A stretch of DNA of 64,000 nt from Luteimonas sp. Lineage in GTDB: Bacteria; Pseudomonadota; Gammaproteobacteria; Xanthomonadales; Xanthomonadaceae. Under the pieces are notes generated by a model. It saw only the letters and a list, made by a program, of their open reading frames with translations, was not told where the DNA came from and did no database searches. Below are positions 9,589 through 18,881 of this stretch, in pieces. How positions within the stretch are numbered: position 1 is the first letter of the stretch; the number at the start of each line of letters is the position of its first letter. A program made the position numbers and the translations under genes. The stretch is taken from positions 1,069-65,068 of the forward strand of contig DAOMPM010000006.1 of assembly GCA_035444805.1 (NCBI GenBank), given 5' to 3'.

Positions 9589-12162
9589 ATGCGGAGATTG
9601 CGTCGTAACGCGCTTTTCAAGGCATTGGTGCTCTGCCAATGCGTGGCACTGCCTTCCATCGCGCTCGCACAGGACGCGGCACCCCAGTCGCCACCGGCGT
9701 CCGACCCCACCGAGTTCGACACGATCGTCGTCACCGGCCGCCGCGCCGCCGATCGCCTGGCGATCGACGACAAGCGCAACGCCGACAACCAGGTGGATGC
9801 GATCCGCGCCGACGACGTCGGCCACCTGCCCGACCAGAACGTGGCCGAAGCGGTGCGCCGCCTGCCCGGCGTCACCACGATCAACGACCAGGGCGAGGGC
9901 CGCTACCTCACCGTGCGCGGCGTCTCGCCGGACCTGCTCAACGTCACCCTCAACGGGCAGACCGCGGCCGCGCCGGAACCGGACGGCCGACAGGTCAAGC
10001 TCGACGACATCCCCTCGGCGCTGATCGGCGGCGTCACCGTCGCCAAGACGCTGACGCCGGACATGGACGCCAACGCGATCGCCGGCCAGGTCAACATCGA
10101 GACGGTGTCGGCGTTCGACCGCAACCGTACCTTCGGCTCGGTGCGCGCCGCCTACGGCCGCTACGACATCAACGGCGAGAACCCGTACGAGTTCGATGCG
10201 TCGATCGGCGGCGTGTTCGGCGCCAACCGGCAATTCGGCGCGGTGGTCGCAGTGAACCGCTCCGACCGCAAGATCGGCTCGCAGAACATGCAGAACCCCG
10301 GCGACTGGATCGAGGTCGACGGCGAATGGGTGCCCGAAGGCCTGACGGTGCGCCAGTACAACACCCACCGCCAGCGCACCGGCGCGGTCGCCAACTTCGA
10401 CTGGAAGCCGAACGACAATGCCTTGCTGTACCTGCGCTTCCTGTACTCGAAGTACCAGGACCAGGAGACCCGCGACGGGTTCGCGCTGGAGTTCGACGAC
10501 GACAGCATCTTCCCGACGTCGGCAACCGGCGGCACCTTCGAGGACGCCGAGGCGATCCGCGCGATCCGCACGCGCGAGGAGACCACCAGCTCCTTCACCG
10601 TCTCCGCCGGCGGCGAGTTCGACTTCGGCAGAAACAAGCTGACCGCCGAGGCCGCCTATGCCCGCGCCGACAAGCGCGACCCGAACCGCGACGAGTGGGG
10701 CTTCGTCGCGGAGGACATCACCGGCAGCTATGTGATCGGCCCGCGCGGCTACGACATCTCGTTCGACGACGATGCCGCGTTCGACCCGTCCAACTTCGAG
10801 CCGGATTTCTTCGAGCCCGAATCACGCCGCGCGATCGAGGATCTGTACCAGGCGCGGCTGGACTACGTAATCCCGTTCGGCGAGAACGGCTCCGAGTTCC
10901 AGTTTGGCGTCAAGTACATCAAGCGCGACAAGACCAACGACGAGAGCGGTCGCGCCTGGAAGTACGACGACGGCGACCTGATGATGTCGGACGTGACCAA
11001 CCGGTCGATCGCGACGCTGTTCGGCGGCCGCTACCGGCTGGGCCCGCTGGTGAGCGGCCCGCTGTCGGACGCGTACTTCGCCGCCAACCCGGGCGAATTC
11101 GAGGAGGATGAGGAAGGCACGATCAGCGCTTCGCTGGCCGCCGACTACGCGATCACCGAGGAGATCACCGCAGCCTACGCAATGGCGCGGCTGTGGTTCG
11201 GCAACGTGACTGTGATCCCCGGCGTGCGCATGGAACACACCAAGGGCAGCTACGCCGCGCATGGCTTCGACCTGGAGGACGCCAGCCTCGATCAACCGTT
11301 CAACGTGTTCGGATCGCGCAGCTACACCGATTTCTTCCCGGGTATCAACGTCCGCTGGGACGCCGGCGAGCACTTCGTCGTGCGCGGCGCCATCACCCGT
11401 GCCATCGGCCGGCCGGCCTACGAGTCGCTGGCGCCATTCGTGGAGATCGAAGGCGTCAACAGCATCGAGCCCGAGGTCACGATGGGCAACCCGGACCTCG
11501 AGCCGCTGTACTCGACCAACTTCGACTTCTCGGTCGAGTACTACGTCGGCAACCGCGGCCTGCTCTCCGCCGCCGTGTTCTACAAGGACATCAAGAACCC
11601 GATCTACGAAGTCACCCGCACCGACCAGGACGGCGTGTTCGGCGGCATCAGCCTGACCGGTGCCGAGGTCAGCACCTGGACCAACGCCAGCAAGGCAACG
11701 GTGTCCGGCATCGAGCTCAACGCCCAGTACGAACTGAGCTTCCTGCCCTCGCCGTTCGACGGCTTCAGCGTCGGCGCCAACCTGACCTTCGTCGACTCGG
11801 AGGCCGAGGGCCTGCCGGAGCGCACCGACAAGGTGCCGCTGATGAGCCAGTCCGATCGCGTCGCGTCCGCACAGATCGCCTACGAGAAGTACGGGTTCTC
11901 CGCGCGGCTCGCCTACACCTACCGCTCGGCGATGCTCGACGAGGTGCACGAGGACGACCCGGACGGCGACATCTACTGGGATTCGCTGAAGCAGTGGGAC
12001 ATCAAGTTCGGCTACGAGATCAATCCGCGCTGGTCGGTATTCCTGGAGGGCTCCAACCTCAACGACGCGGCGATGCGCGCCTACGTCGGCCGCCGCGAGC
12101 GCACCATGGAGCGGGAGATCTACGGCTGGTCCGCGCGCATGGGGGTCCAGTTCAAGTTCTGA
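9589..12162 (+). CDS. TonB-dependent receptor (phytase-associated type)
   Basis: Signal peptide; TonB box DTIVVTG; plug motif NVAEAVRRLPG/DQGEGRYLTVRG; GNPDLEP; C-terminal VQFKF. Confidence 0.93.
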   Translation: MRRLRRNALFKALVLCQCVALPSIALAQDAAPQSPPASDPTEFDTIVVTGRRAADRLAIDDKRNADNQVDAIRADDVGHLPDQNVAEAVRRLPGVTTINDQGEGRYLTVRGVSPDLLNVTLNGQTAAAPEPDGRQVKLDDIPSALIGGVTVAKTLTPDMDANAIAGQVNIETVSAFDRNRTFGSVRAAYGRYDINGENPYEFDASIGGVFGANRQFGAVVAVNRSDRKIGSQNMQNPGDWIEVDGEWVPEGLTVRQYNTHRQRTGAVANFDWKPNDNALLYLRFLYSKYQDQETRDGFALEFDDDSIFPTSATGGTFEDAEAIRAIRTREETTSSFTVSAGGEFDFGRNKLTAEAAYARADKRDPNRDEWGFVAEDITGSYVIGPRGYDISFDDDAAFDPSNFEPDFFEPESRRAIEDLYQARLDYVIPFGENGSEFQFGVKYIKRDKTNDESGRAWKYDDGDLMMSDVTNRSIATLFGGRYRLGPLVSGPLSDAYFAANPGEFEEDEEGTISASLAADYAITEEITAAYAMARLWFGNVTVIPGVRMEHTKGSYAAHGFDLEDASLDQPFNVFGSRSYTDFFPGINVRWDAGEHFVVRGAITRAIGRPAYESLAPFVEIEGVNSIEPEVTMGNPDLEPLYSTNFDFSVEYYVGNRGLLSAAVFYKDIKNPIYEVTRTDQDGVFGGISLTGAEVSTWTNASKATVSGIELNAQYELSFLPSPFDGFSVGANLTFVDSEAEGLPERTDKVPLMSQSDRVASAQIAYEKYGFSARLAYTYRSAMLDEVHEDDPDGDIYWDSLKQWDIKFGYEINPRWSVFLEGSNLNDAAMRAYVGRRERTMEREIYGWSARMGVQFKF

Positions 12163-12191
12163 CAACAACAACGATGCGTCGCCTGCCTCCG

Positions 12192-12219
12192 ACGGCGGCC
12201 TCTGGCCGCCGTTCTTTTT
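12192..12219 (+). terminator. Rho-independent terminator after TBDR-1
   Basis: ACGGCGGCC-TCT-GGCCGCCGT followed by TCTTTTT. Confidence 0.8.
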
Positions 12220-12225
12220 CGGTCA

Positions 12226-12440
12226 GGGGTCAGAGTGGCTTTTTCCTGGCGACCTTGTTGCAGCCTGTTAGGGCAACGCTGAGAACCGCTGTCATCCCCG
12301 CGGAGGCGGGGACCCAGTGTCTTCAAGTCTTTGAACAACAAAGACGCTGGGTCCCCGCCTCCGCGGGAATGACGAGCAAAAGCGACTTGATCAGCGTTGC
12401 CTTGGTCTTGATCTGGCGAGGAAAAAGCCACTCTGACCCC
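12226..12440. repeat. Nested palindromic composite element
   Basis: Outer perfect 22 bp IR GGGGTCAGAGTGGCTTTTTCCT / AGGAAAAAGCCACTCTGACCCC; middle IR GGCAACGCTGA / TCAGCGTTGCC; inner GTCATCCCCGCGGAGGCGGGGACCCAG doublet at 12291-12373. Confidence 0.9.
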
Positions 12441-12521
12441 AGCTTTCCTTCCACTTTCCGGTCCGGTCGCAGCCGTATGTGGAGTGCCCCGTCTGGGGAG
12501 AGTCCCCGCAGGAGAAACCAC

Positions 12522-13826
12522 ATGCACCCAAGCCTCCGCATCCGCCCTCTCCTCCGCACCATCGCGACCGTCGCGCTCGCCGCCCTCGCCGCGTCCTGCG
12601 CGCACGCGCCCTCGCCGGACGCGGCCAGCGCGCCGGCCGGCGGCGATTCGCTGCAGCTGGATCGCGTGGTCCTGCTGATGCGCCACGGCGTGCGCCCGCC
12701 GACGCGGATGCCGCCGATCGCCGAGGGGCTGTCGCGCCAACCCTGGGCGGGATGGGACGCCGAGCCCGGGCACTTGACCGCGCACGGCTACGCCGGAACC
12801 GTGCTGGTCGGACGCTGGAGCCGCGGCGCGCTCGCCCATCGCGGACTGTTCGCCGCGGACGGCTGCCCGCCGCCGGGCAGCGTCGCGGTGCGCGCCAACA
12901 CCGACCAGCGCACGCGCGAAAGCGCGCGCGGGTTCCTGGAAGGGTTCGCGCCGGGCTGCGGCATCGCGGTCGCGCACAGCGACGGCCACCGCGACGACCC
13001 GATCTTCCAGTCGATCGACCTCGGGCTGGTGGAGTTCGACCGCGACCTCGCGCGCGCAGCGGTGATGGCGCGCGTCGACGGCGATCTCGGCAACGCCGTG
13101 CGCCCGCTGGCCGACGCATTCGCCCGGCTCGATGCCATCCTCGGATGCTGCGCCCCGCCTGCCTGCGCACAGGCCGGGTTGCCGCCGGACTGCACGCTGT
13201 CCACCTGGCCGACCGGCTGGGCGGACACCGCGCCCGGAAGGCGGGTGAAGTTCGGCGGCGCGCTGGACGCCGGCGGCATCGCCGCGCACACGCTGCTGCT
13301 GGAGTACGTGGAAGGCAAGCCGAGGGACCGGGTCGGCTGGGGTCGCGCCACGGAAGCGGACATCGCGCTGCTGTCGCGGATCCACGCGGTCGAGTTCGAC
13401 CTGCTCTACCGCACGCCCTACATCGCCCACCGCGGCGCCACGCCGATCCTGGAGCGGGTGCTGGCGACGTTCGGCGACGACGCAGCGCCGCGGCTGGACG
13501 TGCTGGTCGGCCATGACACCAACGCCTCCAACGTCGGCGGCGCGCTGGAGCTGCACTGGCACGTGCCCGGCTATGCGCCCGACGATGCCGCGGTCGGCGG
13601 CGCGATCGGTTTCGAGCTGCTGCGCGACGCCGCCGGCGACCGCTTCGTACGCGTGTCTTACCAGGCGCAGGGCGCGCGGCAACTGCGCGAACGGCAGCCG
13701 CTCGATGCCGCCAGCCCGCCCTATTTCGTACATATGGCGCAGCCGCTGTGCGCGCTGCCGTCCGACCCGACGCTGTGCCGCTACGAGGATTTTGCCGACG
13801 CGCTGCGGGCGCGGCTCGTGCGCTGA
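12522..13826 (+). CDS. Histidine acid phosphatase / acid phytase (AppA/Agp-like), probable lipoprotein
   Basis: RHGVRPP and GHDTN catalytic motifs, RT..SA motif, several Cys; LAASC lipobox-like signal; SD AGGAG. Confidence 0.9.
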   Translation: MHPSLRIRPLLRTIATVALAALAASCAHAPSPDAASAPAGGDSLQLDRVVLLMRHGVRPPTRMPPIAEGLSRQPWAGWDAEPGHLTAHGYAGTVLVGRWSRGALAHRGLFAADGCPPPGSVAVRANTDQRTRESARGFLEGFAPGCGIAVAHSDGHRDDPIFQSIDLGLVEFDRDLARAAVMARVDGDLGNAVRPLADAFARLDAILGCCAPPACAQAGLPPDCTLSTWPTGWADTAPGRRVKFGGALDAGGIAAHTLLLEYVEGKPRDRVGWGRATEADIALLSRIHAVEFDLLYRTPYIAHRGATPILERVLATFGDDAAPRLDVLVGHDTNASNVGGALELHWHVPGYAPDDAAVGGAIGFELLRDAAGDRFVRVSYQAQGARQLRERQPLDAASPPYFVHMAQPLCALPSDPTLCRYEDFADALRARLVR

Positions 13827-13842
13827 CGCCAGCCGCGCGCGT

Positions 13843-14820
13843 TCACAGGACCACCACCTCGCCGGTCTTCGCCGACCGCGTTGCCGCCTCGGCCAGCGCC
13901 AGCGCGGCAACGCCGTCGGCGTAGCCCACCAGCGGCGGCGCCCCGCCGAGCATCGCGGCGAAGTGTTCCATCTCGCGTCGGTAGGCCTCGGCGTAGCGGT
14001 CCAGGAAGAAGTTCTGCAGGCGGTCGCTGCCCGCCCCGTCCTCGCCGAACACCTGCACGGTGCTTTCGAGCACGTTGTCCGCGCGCACCATGCCCGCCGA
14101 CGCATAGGCCTCGATGCGCTGGTCGTAGCCGTAGCCGCTGCGCCGTGTGTTGGCGATCACGCACAGCTTGCCGGAGGCGGTCTTCAGCACCGTGCGCGCG
14201 GTGTCGACATCGCCCAGCCGGCCGATCTCCGGATCGACCAGGCAGCTGCCCACGGCCCAGACTTCGGCAATCTCCTCTCCAAGCAGCCAGCGCGCCATGT
14301 CGAAGTCGTGGATCGCCATGTCCTTGAACAGGCCACCCGAGACCGCGACATAGGACGGCGGTGGCGGCGCCGGATCGTTGGAGGTGATCTGCAGGCTCTC
14401 GATGGTGCCGATGGCGCCGCCGTCAAGCCGCGCCTTGAGCGCCTGGAAGTTCGGGTCGAAGCGGCGGTTGAAGGCCAGCAACAGGCGCGCGTCGCGCAGC
14501 GCGCCTGCGGCCGCGCGCGCACGCTGCAGGTCCTGGTCGATGGGCTTCTCGCAGAACACCGCCTTGCCTGCCTGCACCGAGCGGACGCTGTACTCCAGGT
14601 GCGTGTCGGTGGAGCTGGCAATGACCACGCCATCGATCGACGCGTCCGCCATCACCTCGTCCAGCGCCGCCACGCGCGCGCCCCACTCGCCGGCCAGTGC
14701 CTGCGCAGACGCCGCCACCGGGTCCACCACCGCTGCCAGCTCCAGTCCTGGATGCAGCGCGGCGTTGCGGGCGTGGATGCGGCCGATGCGGCCCGCCCCG
14801 ATCAATGCGACCTTGTGCAT
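13843..14820 (-). CDS. iolG: myo-inositol 2-dehydrogenase (Gfo/Idh/MocA)
   Basis: GAGRIG Rossmann motif, FCEKPI, FNRRFDP, SGGLFKDMAIHDFD, YGYDQRIE. Confidence 0.9.
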   Translation of the reverse strand: MHKVALIGAGRIGRIHARNAALHPGLELAAVVDPVAASAQALAGEWGARVAALDEVMADASIDGVVIASSTDTHLEYSVRSVQAGKAVFCEKPIDQDLQRARAAAGALRDARLLLAFNRRFDPNFQALKARLDGGAIGTIESLQITSNDPAPPPPSYVAVSGGLFKDMAIHDFDMARWLLGEEIAEVWAVGSCLVDPEIGRLGDVDTARTVLKTASGKLCVIANTRRSGYGYDQRIEAYASAGMVRADNVLESTVQVFGEDGAGSDRLQNFFLDRYAEAYRREMEHFAAMLGGAPPLVGYADGVAALALAEAATRSAKTGEVVVL

Positions 14821-15818
14821 CAGATTTTCTCCTGCAGGCGGACCGGGCGGCGCTCGCGCACCGACCGCTGGCAGGCCTCGGCCAGCGCCAGCGCGGCAAT
14901 GCCGTCGGCATAGTGGGTGCGCGGCTGCGCGTTGCCGTGCACGACCTCCGCGAAGTGCGCGATCTGCGCGCGATAGGATTCGGCGTAGCGCTCCGGGAAC
15001 GCGTACGCGATTGGCGCCGAGGTCACGCCACGCTCGTCCAGCGACTGCACGGTGTCGCGCGACACGTTGCCGGCGCGCGCCATGCCCTTGGCACCGAAGG
15101 CCTCGATGCGCTGGTCGTAGCCGTAGCCGCTGCGCCGGGTGTTGGAAATCACGCACAGCTTGCCGGAGGCGGTCTTCAGCACCGTGCGCGCGGTATCGAC
15201 ATCGCCCAGCTGGCCGATCTCCGGATCGACCAGGCAGCTGGCGGTCGCGAACACCTCGACCGGCTCCTCGCCCAGCATCCAGCGCGCCATGTCCAGATCG
15301 TGGATGGTGAAGTCCTTGAACAGGCCGCCGCTGGTCGGGATGAAGTGCGGCGGTGGCGCCTCCGGGTCGTGGTTGACGATGTGCAGGCTCTCCAGCGCAC
15401 CGATGACACCTGCGTCCAGCCGCCGCTTCAGGGCGAGGAAATGCGGGTCGTAGCGGCGGTTGAAGCCGAGCACGAAGCGGGCGCCCTCGAACTGCGACCG
15501 GGCGGCGAGCGCCTTGTCCAGGTCCAGGTCGATCGGCTTCTCGCAGAAGACGGCCTTACCGGCCGCGACCGCCTCCAGTGCGTGGGCCAGGTGCTGGTCG
15601 GTGGAGCTGCACACCAGCACGCCGCCAAGGTCGGGGTCGGCCAGCGCCTGCGCCAGGGACGACACCGCTGCACCGGTGGCCGCCGCCGTCGCCGCGGCGG
15701 CCTCGGGACGCGGGTCGACCACGTACTTGAGCCGCAGCCCGGGCATGCCCGCCGCGTTGGGGCCGTGTACCTGGCCCATGCGCCCGGCCCCGATCAGGGC
15801 CACCTCGATCCGTTCCAT
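14820..15818 (-). CDS. iolG: Second inositol dehydrogenase paralog (Gfo/Idh/MocA)
   Basis: GAGRMG, FCEKPI, FNRRYDP, SGGLFKDFTIHDLD; stereoisomer specificity uncertain. Confidence 0.8.
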   Translation of the reverse strand: MERIEVALIGAGRMGQVHGPNAAGMPGLRLKYVVDPRPEAAAATAAATGAAVSSLAQALADPDLGGVLVCSSTDQHLAHALEAVAAGKAVFCEKPIDLDLDKALAARSQFEGARFVLGFNRRYDPHFLALKRRLDAGVIGALESLHIVNHDPEAPPPHFIPTSGGLFKDFTIHDLDMARWMLGEEPVEVFATASCLVDPEIGQLGDVDTARTVLKTASGKLCVISNTRRSGYGYDQRIEAFGAKGMARAGNVSRDTVQSLDERGVTSAPIAYAFPERYAESYRAQIAHFAEVVHGNAQPRTHYADGIAALALAEACQRSVRERRPVRLQEKI

Positions 15819-15844
15819 GCGACCCTCCTGCCGCCGACTACAGA

Positions 15845-15884
15845 TAGAATATGATTTCCAAATTCAAATGCAATAGAATTTCCA
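15845..15884. promoter_or_regulatory. Pair of candidate IolR operators in iolG/iolR divergent promoter
   Basis: TAGAA-TATGAT-TTCCA (15845-15860) and TGCAA-TAGAAT-TTCCA (15869-15884) in an AT-rich patch. Confidence 0.65.
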
Positions 15885-15960
15885 GAAATCTGGCCGCGTT
15901 CCATTTTTTCCCGGACACTGCCACACCACGCAGGACCCAAGGACGACGGAGCGCCGCCGC

Positions 15961-16857
15961 ATGCCCGAGACCAGCAGCACCCCCCCCGCCAGCGCCGAAG
16001 AACTGCGCGCGGCCATCCTCGCCCGCTACGACGGGCTGAGCAAACGGCTCAAGCAGATCGCGCGCTACGTTCTCGACGAGCCCAACGCGGTCGCGCTGGA
16101 GACCCTTGCCGTGCTGTCCGAGCGCTGCGGCGTGCAGCCGTCGGCGATCGTGCGCTTCGCCAAGTCGTTCGGCTTCGATGGCGCCACCCAGATGCAGCGG
16201 CTGTTCCGCGACGGACTGCTGTCGGCCAACACTTCGCTGGGCTACGGCGAGCGCATCCGCGAGTTCAGCAAGGCGGTCGACGGCAAGCGCGTCAGCGACC
16301 CGGCGCAGGTGCTGGCGGAGTTCATCGAGGGCAACCTGCTGGCACTGCGGCACCTGGGCGATGCGATCGACAAGCGGGAGTTGACCGAGGCGGTGAAGCT
16401 GATCAAGCAGGCCGACACCGTGTTCGTGGCCGGGTTCCGGCGCTCGTTCCCGGTCGCCGCCTACCTGGCCTACTCATTGCACCAGGTCGACAAGAAGACG
16501 GTGTTCATCGACAGCCTCGGCGGCATGACCCGGCAGCAGATCCACGGCATCACCCGCAACGACCTGCTGCTGGTGGTGAGCTACCAGCCCTACGCCGAGG
16601 AGGCGGTGCACCTGATCGACGTCGCGGTGGACAACCAGTGCAAGGTGCTGTCGATCAGCGACAGCCCGGTCAGCCCGGTCGCCAAGCCGGCCACGCTGGT
16701 ATTGCAGGTCAAGGAGGCGGAGATCCGCAAGTTCCGCTCGCTGTCGACCTCCATGTGCCTGGCGCAGGCGCTGGTGATCTCCTACGCGTTCTCCACGGCC
16801 ACCGCCACGCGCAACGCCTCGGCCCTTGAGACGCGTCGCGGGCCTGGCGAAAAATGA
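15961..16857 (+). CDS. iolR: RpiR/MurR family regulator IolR
   Basis: HTH (LSKRLKQIARY...VQPSAIVRFAKSFGF) plus SIS domain (GFRRSFPVA, SISDSPVSP); flanked by iol genes. Confidence 0.88.
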   Translation: MPETSSTPPASAEELRAAILARYDGLSKRLKQIARYVLDEPNAVALETLAVLSERCGVQPSAIVRFAKSFGFDGATQMQRLFRDGLLSANTSLGYGERIREFSKAVDGKRVSDPAQVLAEFIEGNLLALRHLGDAIDKRELTEAVKLIKQADTVFVAGFRRSFPVAAYLAYSLHQVDKKTVFIDSLGGMTRQQIHGITRNDLLLVVSYQPYAEEAVHLIDVAVDNQCKVLSISDSPVSPVAKPATLVLQVKEAEIRKFRSLSTSMCLAQALVISYAFSTATATRNASALETRRGPGEK

Positions 16858-16899
16858 AACAAATCTTGCTATTCTCAATAAAATAGAATAGATTTTACA
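16855..16899. promoter_or_regulatory. Pair of candidate IolR operators upstream of iolC
   Basis: TGAAA-CAAATC-TTGCT (16855-16870) and TAGAA-TAGATT-TTACA (16884-16899). Confidence 0.55.
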
Positions 16900-16942
16900 A
16901 AGCAGGGCGATTCCCGCCCGACCCCGGGAGGACCGTCGGCAC

Positions 16943-18880
16943 ATGGCCAAGTCGGAAGGACTGGAACTGGTCACGATCGGGCGCTCCTGCATCGACCTCT
17001 ACGGCGAACAGACCGGCGGCCGCCTGGAGGACATGCTGTCCTTCGCCAAGTACATCGGCGGCAGCCCCACCAACACCGCGGTCGGGGCCTCGCGGCTGGG
17101 TCTGCGGACCGGGCTGCTGACCCGCGTCGGCGAAGACCACTTCGGCCGCTTCATCCGCGAACAGCTGGCGCGCGAACGCGTCGACACGCGCGGCGTGATC
17201 ACCGACCCGGACCGTCTGACCGCACTGGTGTTCCTGGGCATCAGCGACCCCGACACGTTCCCGCTGATCTTCTACCGCGAGAACTGCGCCGACATGGCGC
17301 TGGAGGCCGGCGACGTCGATCCGGACTTCATCGCCTCGGCGAAGGCGGTGCTGATCAACGGCACCCACCTGTCTCAGCCGGGTGTGTTCGCCGCGTCGCT
17401 GAAGGCCTGCGAGTTGGCGCGCGCCGCTGGCGGCAGGGTCGTCTTCGACATCGACTACCGCCCGGTGCTGTGGGGCCTGACCGGCAAGGACGCGGGCGAG
17501 AACCGCTTCGTGGCCAGCGCCGACGTCACCGGGCGGCTGCAGCAGGTGCTGCCGCTGTGCGACCTGGTGGTCGGCACCGAGGAGGAGGTGCACATTCTCG
17601 GCGGCAGCACCGACACCATCGCCGCACTGCGCGAGATCCGCGCCAGGACGCCGGCGCTGCTGGTGTGCAAGCGCGGTGCGCAGGGCTGCTCCGCATTCCC
17701 CGGGGCGATCCCGGATTCACTGGACGAAGGCGTGGTCGGGCGCGGCTTCGCGGTCGACGTGTTCAACGTACTCGGTGCCGGCGACGCGTTCATGGCCGGT
17801 TTCCTGCGCGGCTGGCTGCGCGATGCGCCACTGGCCGAGTGCTGCGCATGGGCCAACGCCTGCGGCGCGATCGTGGTCTCGCGCCACGGCTGTTCGCCGG
17901 CGATGCCGAGCTGGGAGGAGCTGCAGGCGTTCCTGCACGGCGGCGAGCGGCCGTTCCGGCTGCGCGACGATTGCGCGCTGGAGCAACTGCACTGGGCGAC
18001 CACGCGCACCACGGAGTACCCGTCGCTGACCGTGCTGGCGATGGACCACCGCAGCCAGTTCGAGACGCTGTGCAGCCAACTCGGCGCAGACCCTGCACGC
18101 ATCGCCGGATTCAAGTCGCTGGCGCTGCAGGCGGTGGACCGCGTGGCCCGCGGCGATCCGGGCTTCGGCGTACTGCTGGACGGGCGCTACGGCATGCGCG
18201 CGCTCGAGGCCGCCGGCGCCTTCCCGTACTGGATTGGGCGCCCGATCGAACGACCGGGTTCGTGCCCGCTGGAGTTCGAATCCTCCCCTGACGTGGCGAG
18301 CGAGCTGGCAACATGGCCGGCGAACCACGTCGTCAAGTGCCTGGTGCTGTACCACCCGGACGATCCGGCGGAGCTTCGGGAACGCCAGGAGCGCCAGCTG
18401 CTGCGCCTGCAGGACGCGGCGCGCAAGACCCGGCACGAGCTGCTGGTGGAGATCATCGCCTCGCGCAACGGCGTGGTGGCCGAAGACACCGCTTCGCGGG
18501 CGATCCAGCGCCTCTACGAACTCGGCATCCGGCCCGACTGGTGGAAGCTGGAGCCCGACGACCGCGCCGCCGCCTGGCACAACATCGAAGAAGCCATCGT
18601 GCGCAACGACCCGCACTGCCGCGGGGTGGTGCTGCTGGGCCTGTCGGCGCCGCAGGACGAGCTGATCGCGTCGTTCGAGGCCAGCGCGCAAGCGCCGATC
18701 GTCAAGGGCTTCGCAGTGGGGCGCACGATCTTCGCCGATGCCGCGGAGCGATGGCTGACCGGCGCGATCGACGACGAAGCCGCGATCGCTGACCTCGCGC
18801 GGCGTTTCTCGATCCTGGTCGACGCCTGGCGTGATGCGAAGCAGCGGGCAAATCCCGGCGCGATCCGTGAGACTGCCTGA
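16943..18880 (+). CDS. iolC: 5-dehydro-2-deoxygluconokinase fused to C-terminal DUF2090 aldolase-like domain
   Basis: IGRSCIDLY, GGSPTN, PfkB GAGDAF motif; C-terminal LAMDHR, WWKLEP, GFAVGRTIF. Confidence 0.93.
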   Translation: MAKSEGLELVTIGRSCIDLYGEQTGGRLEDMLSFAKYIGGSPTNTAVGASRLGLRTGLLTRVGEDHFGRFIREQLARERVDTRGVITDPDRLTALVFLGISDPDTFPLIFYRENCADMALEAGDVDPDFIASAKAVLINGTHLSQPGVFAASLKACELARAAGGRVVFDIDYRPVLWGLTGKDAGENRFVASADVTGRLQQVLPLCDLVVGTEEEVHILGGSTDTIAALREIRARTPALLVCKRGAQGCSAFPGAIPDSLDEGVVGRGFAVDVFNVLGAGDAFMAGFLRGWLRDAPLAECCAWANACGAIVVSRHGCSPAMPSWEELQAFLHGGERPFRLRDDCALEQLHWATTRTTEYPSLTVLAMDHRSQFETLCSQLGADPARIAGFKSLALQAVDRVARGDPGFGVLLDGRYGMRALEAAGAFPYWIGRPIERPGSCPLEFESSPDVASELATWPANHVVKCLVLYHPDDPAELRERQERQLLRLQDAARKTRHELLVEIIASRNGVVAEDTASRAIQRLYELGIRPDWWKLEPDDRAAAWHNIEEAIVRNDPHCRGVVLLGLSAPQDELIASFEASAQAPIVKGFAVGRTIFADAAERWLTGAIDDEAAIADLARRFSILVDAWRDAKQRANPGAIRETA

Positions 18881-18881
18881 C

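Noticed and set aside
12226-12440. Tn3-family transposon end (GGGGTC start)
   Set aside because: Similarity is limited to the first 5-6 nt. No 38-bp IR consensus, target duplication, transposase or resolvase.
11193-12521. Apparent 877-aa fusion of the acid phytase with a long N-terminal extension
   Set aside because: The extension is an alternate frame of TBDR-1 plus repeat DNA. The real start at 12522 has an SD and a signal peptide.
16943-18880. IolC kinase-aldolase fusion and absence of iolJ as a novelty
   Set aside because: The IolC-DUF2090 fusion is a known arrangement in Proteobacteria.
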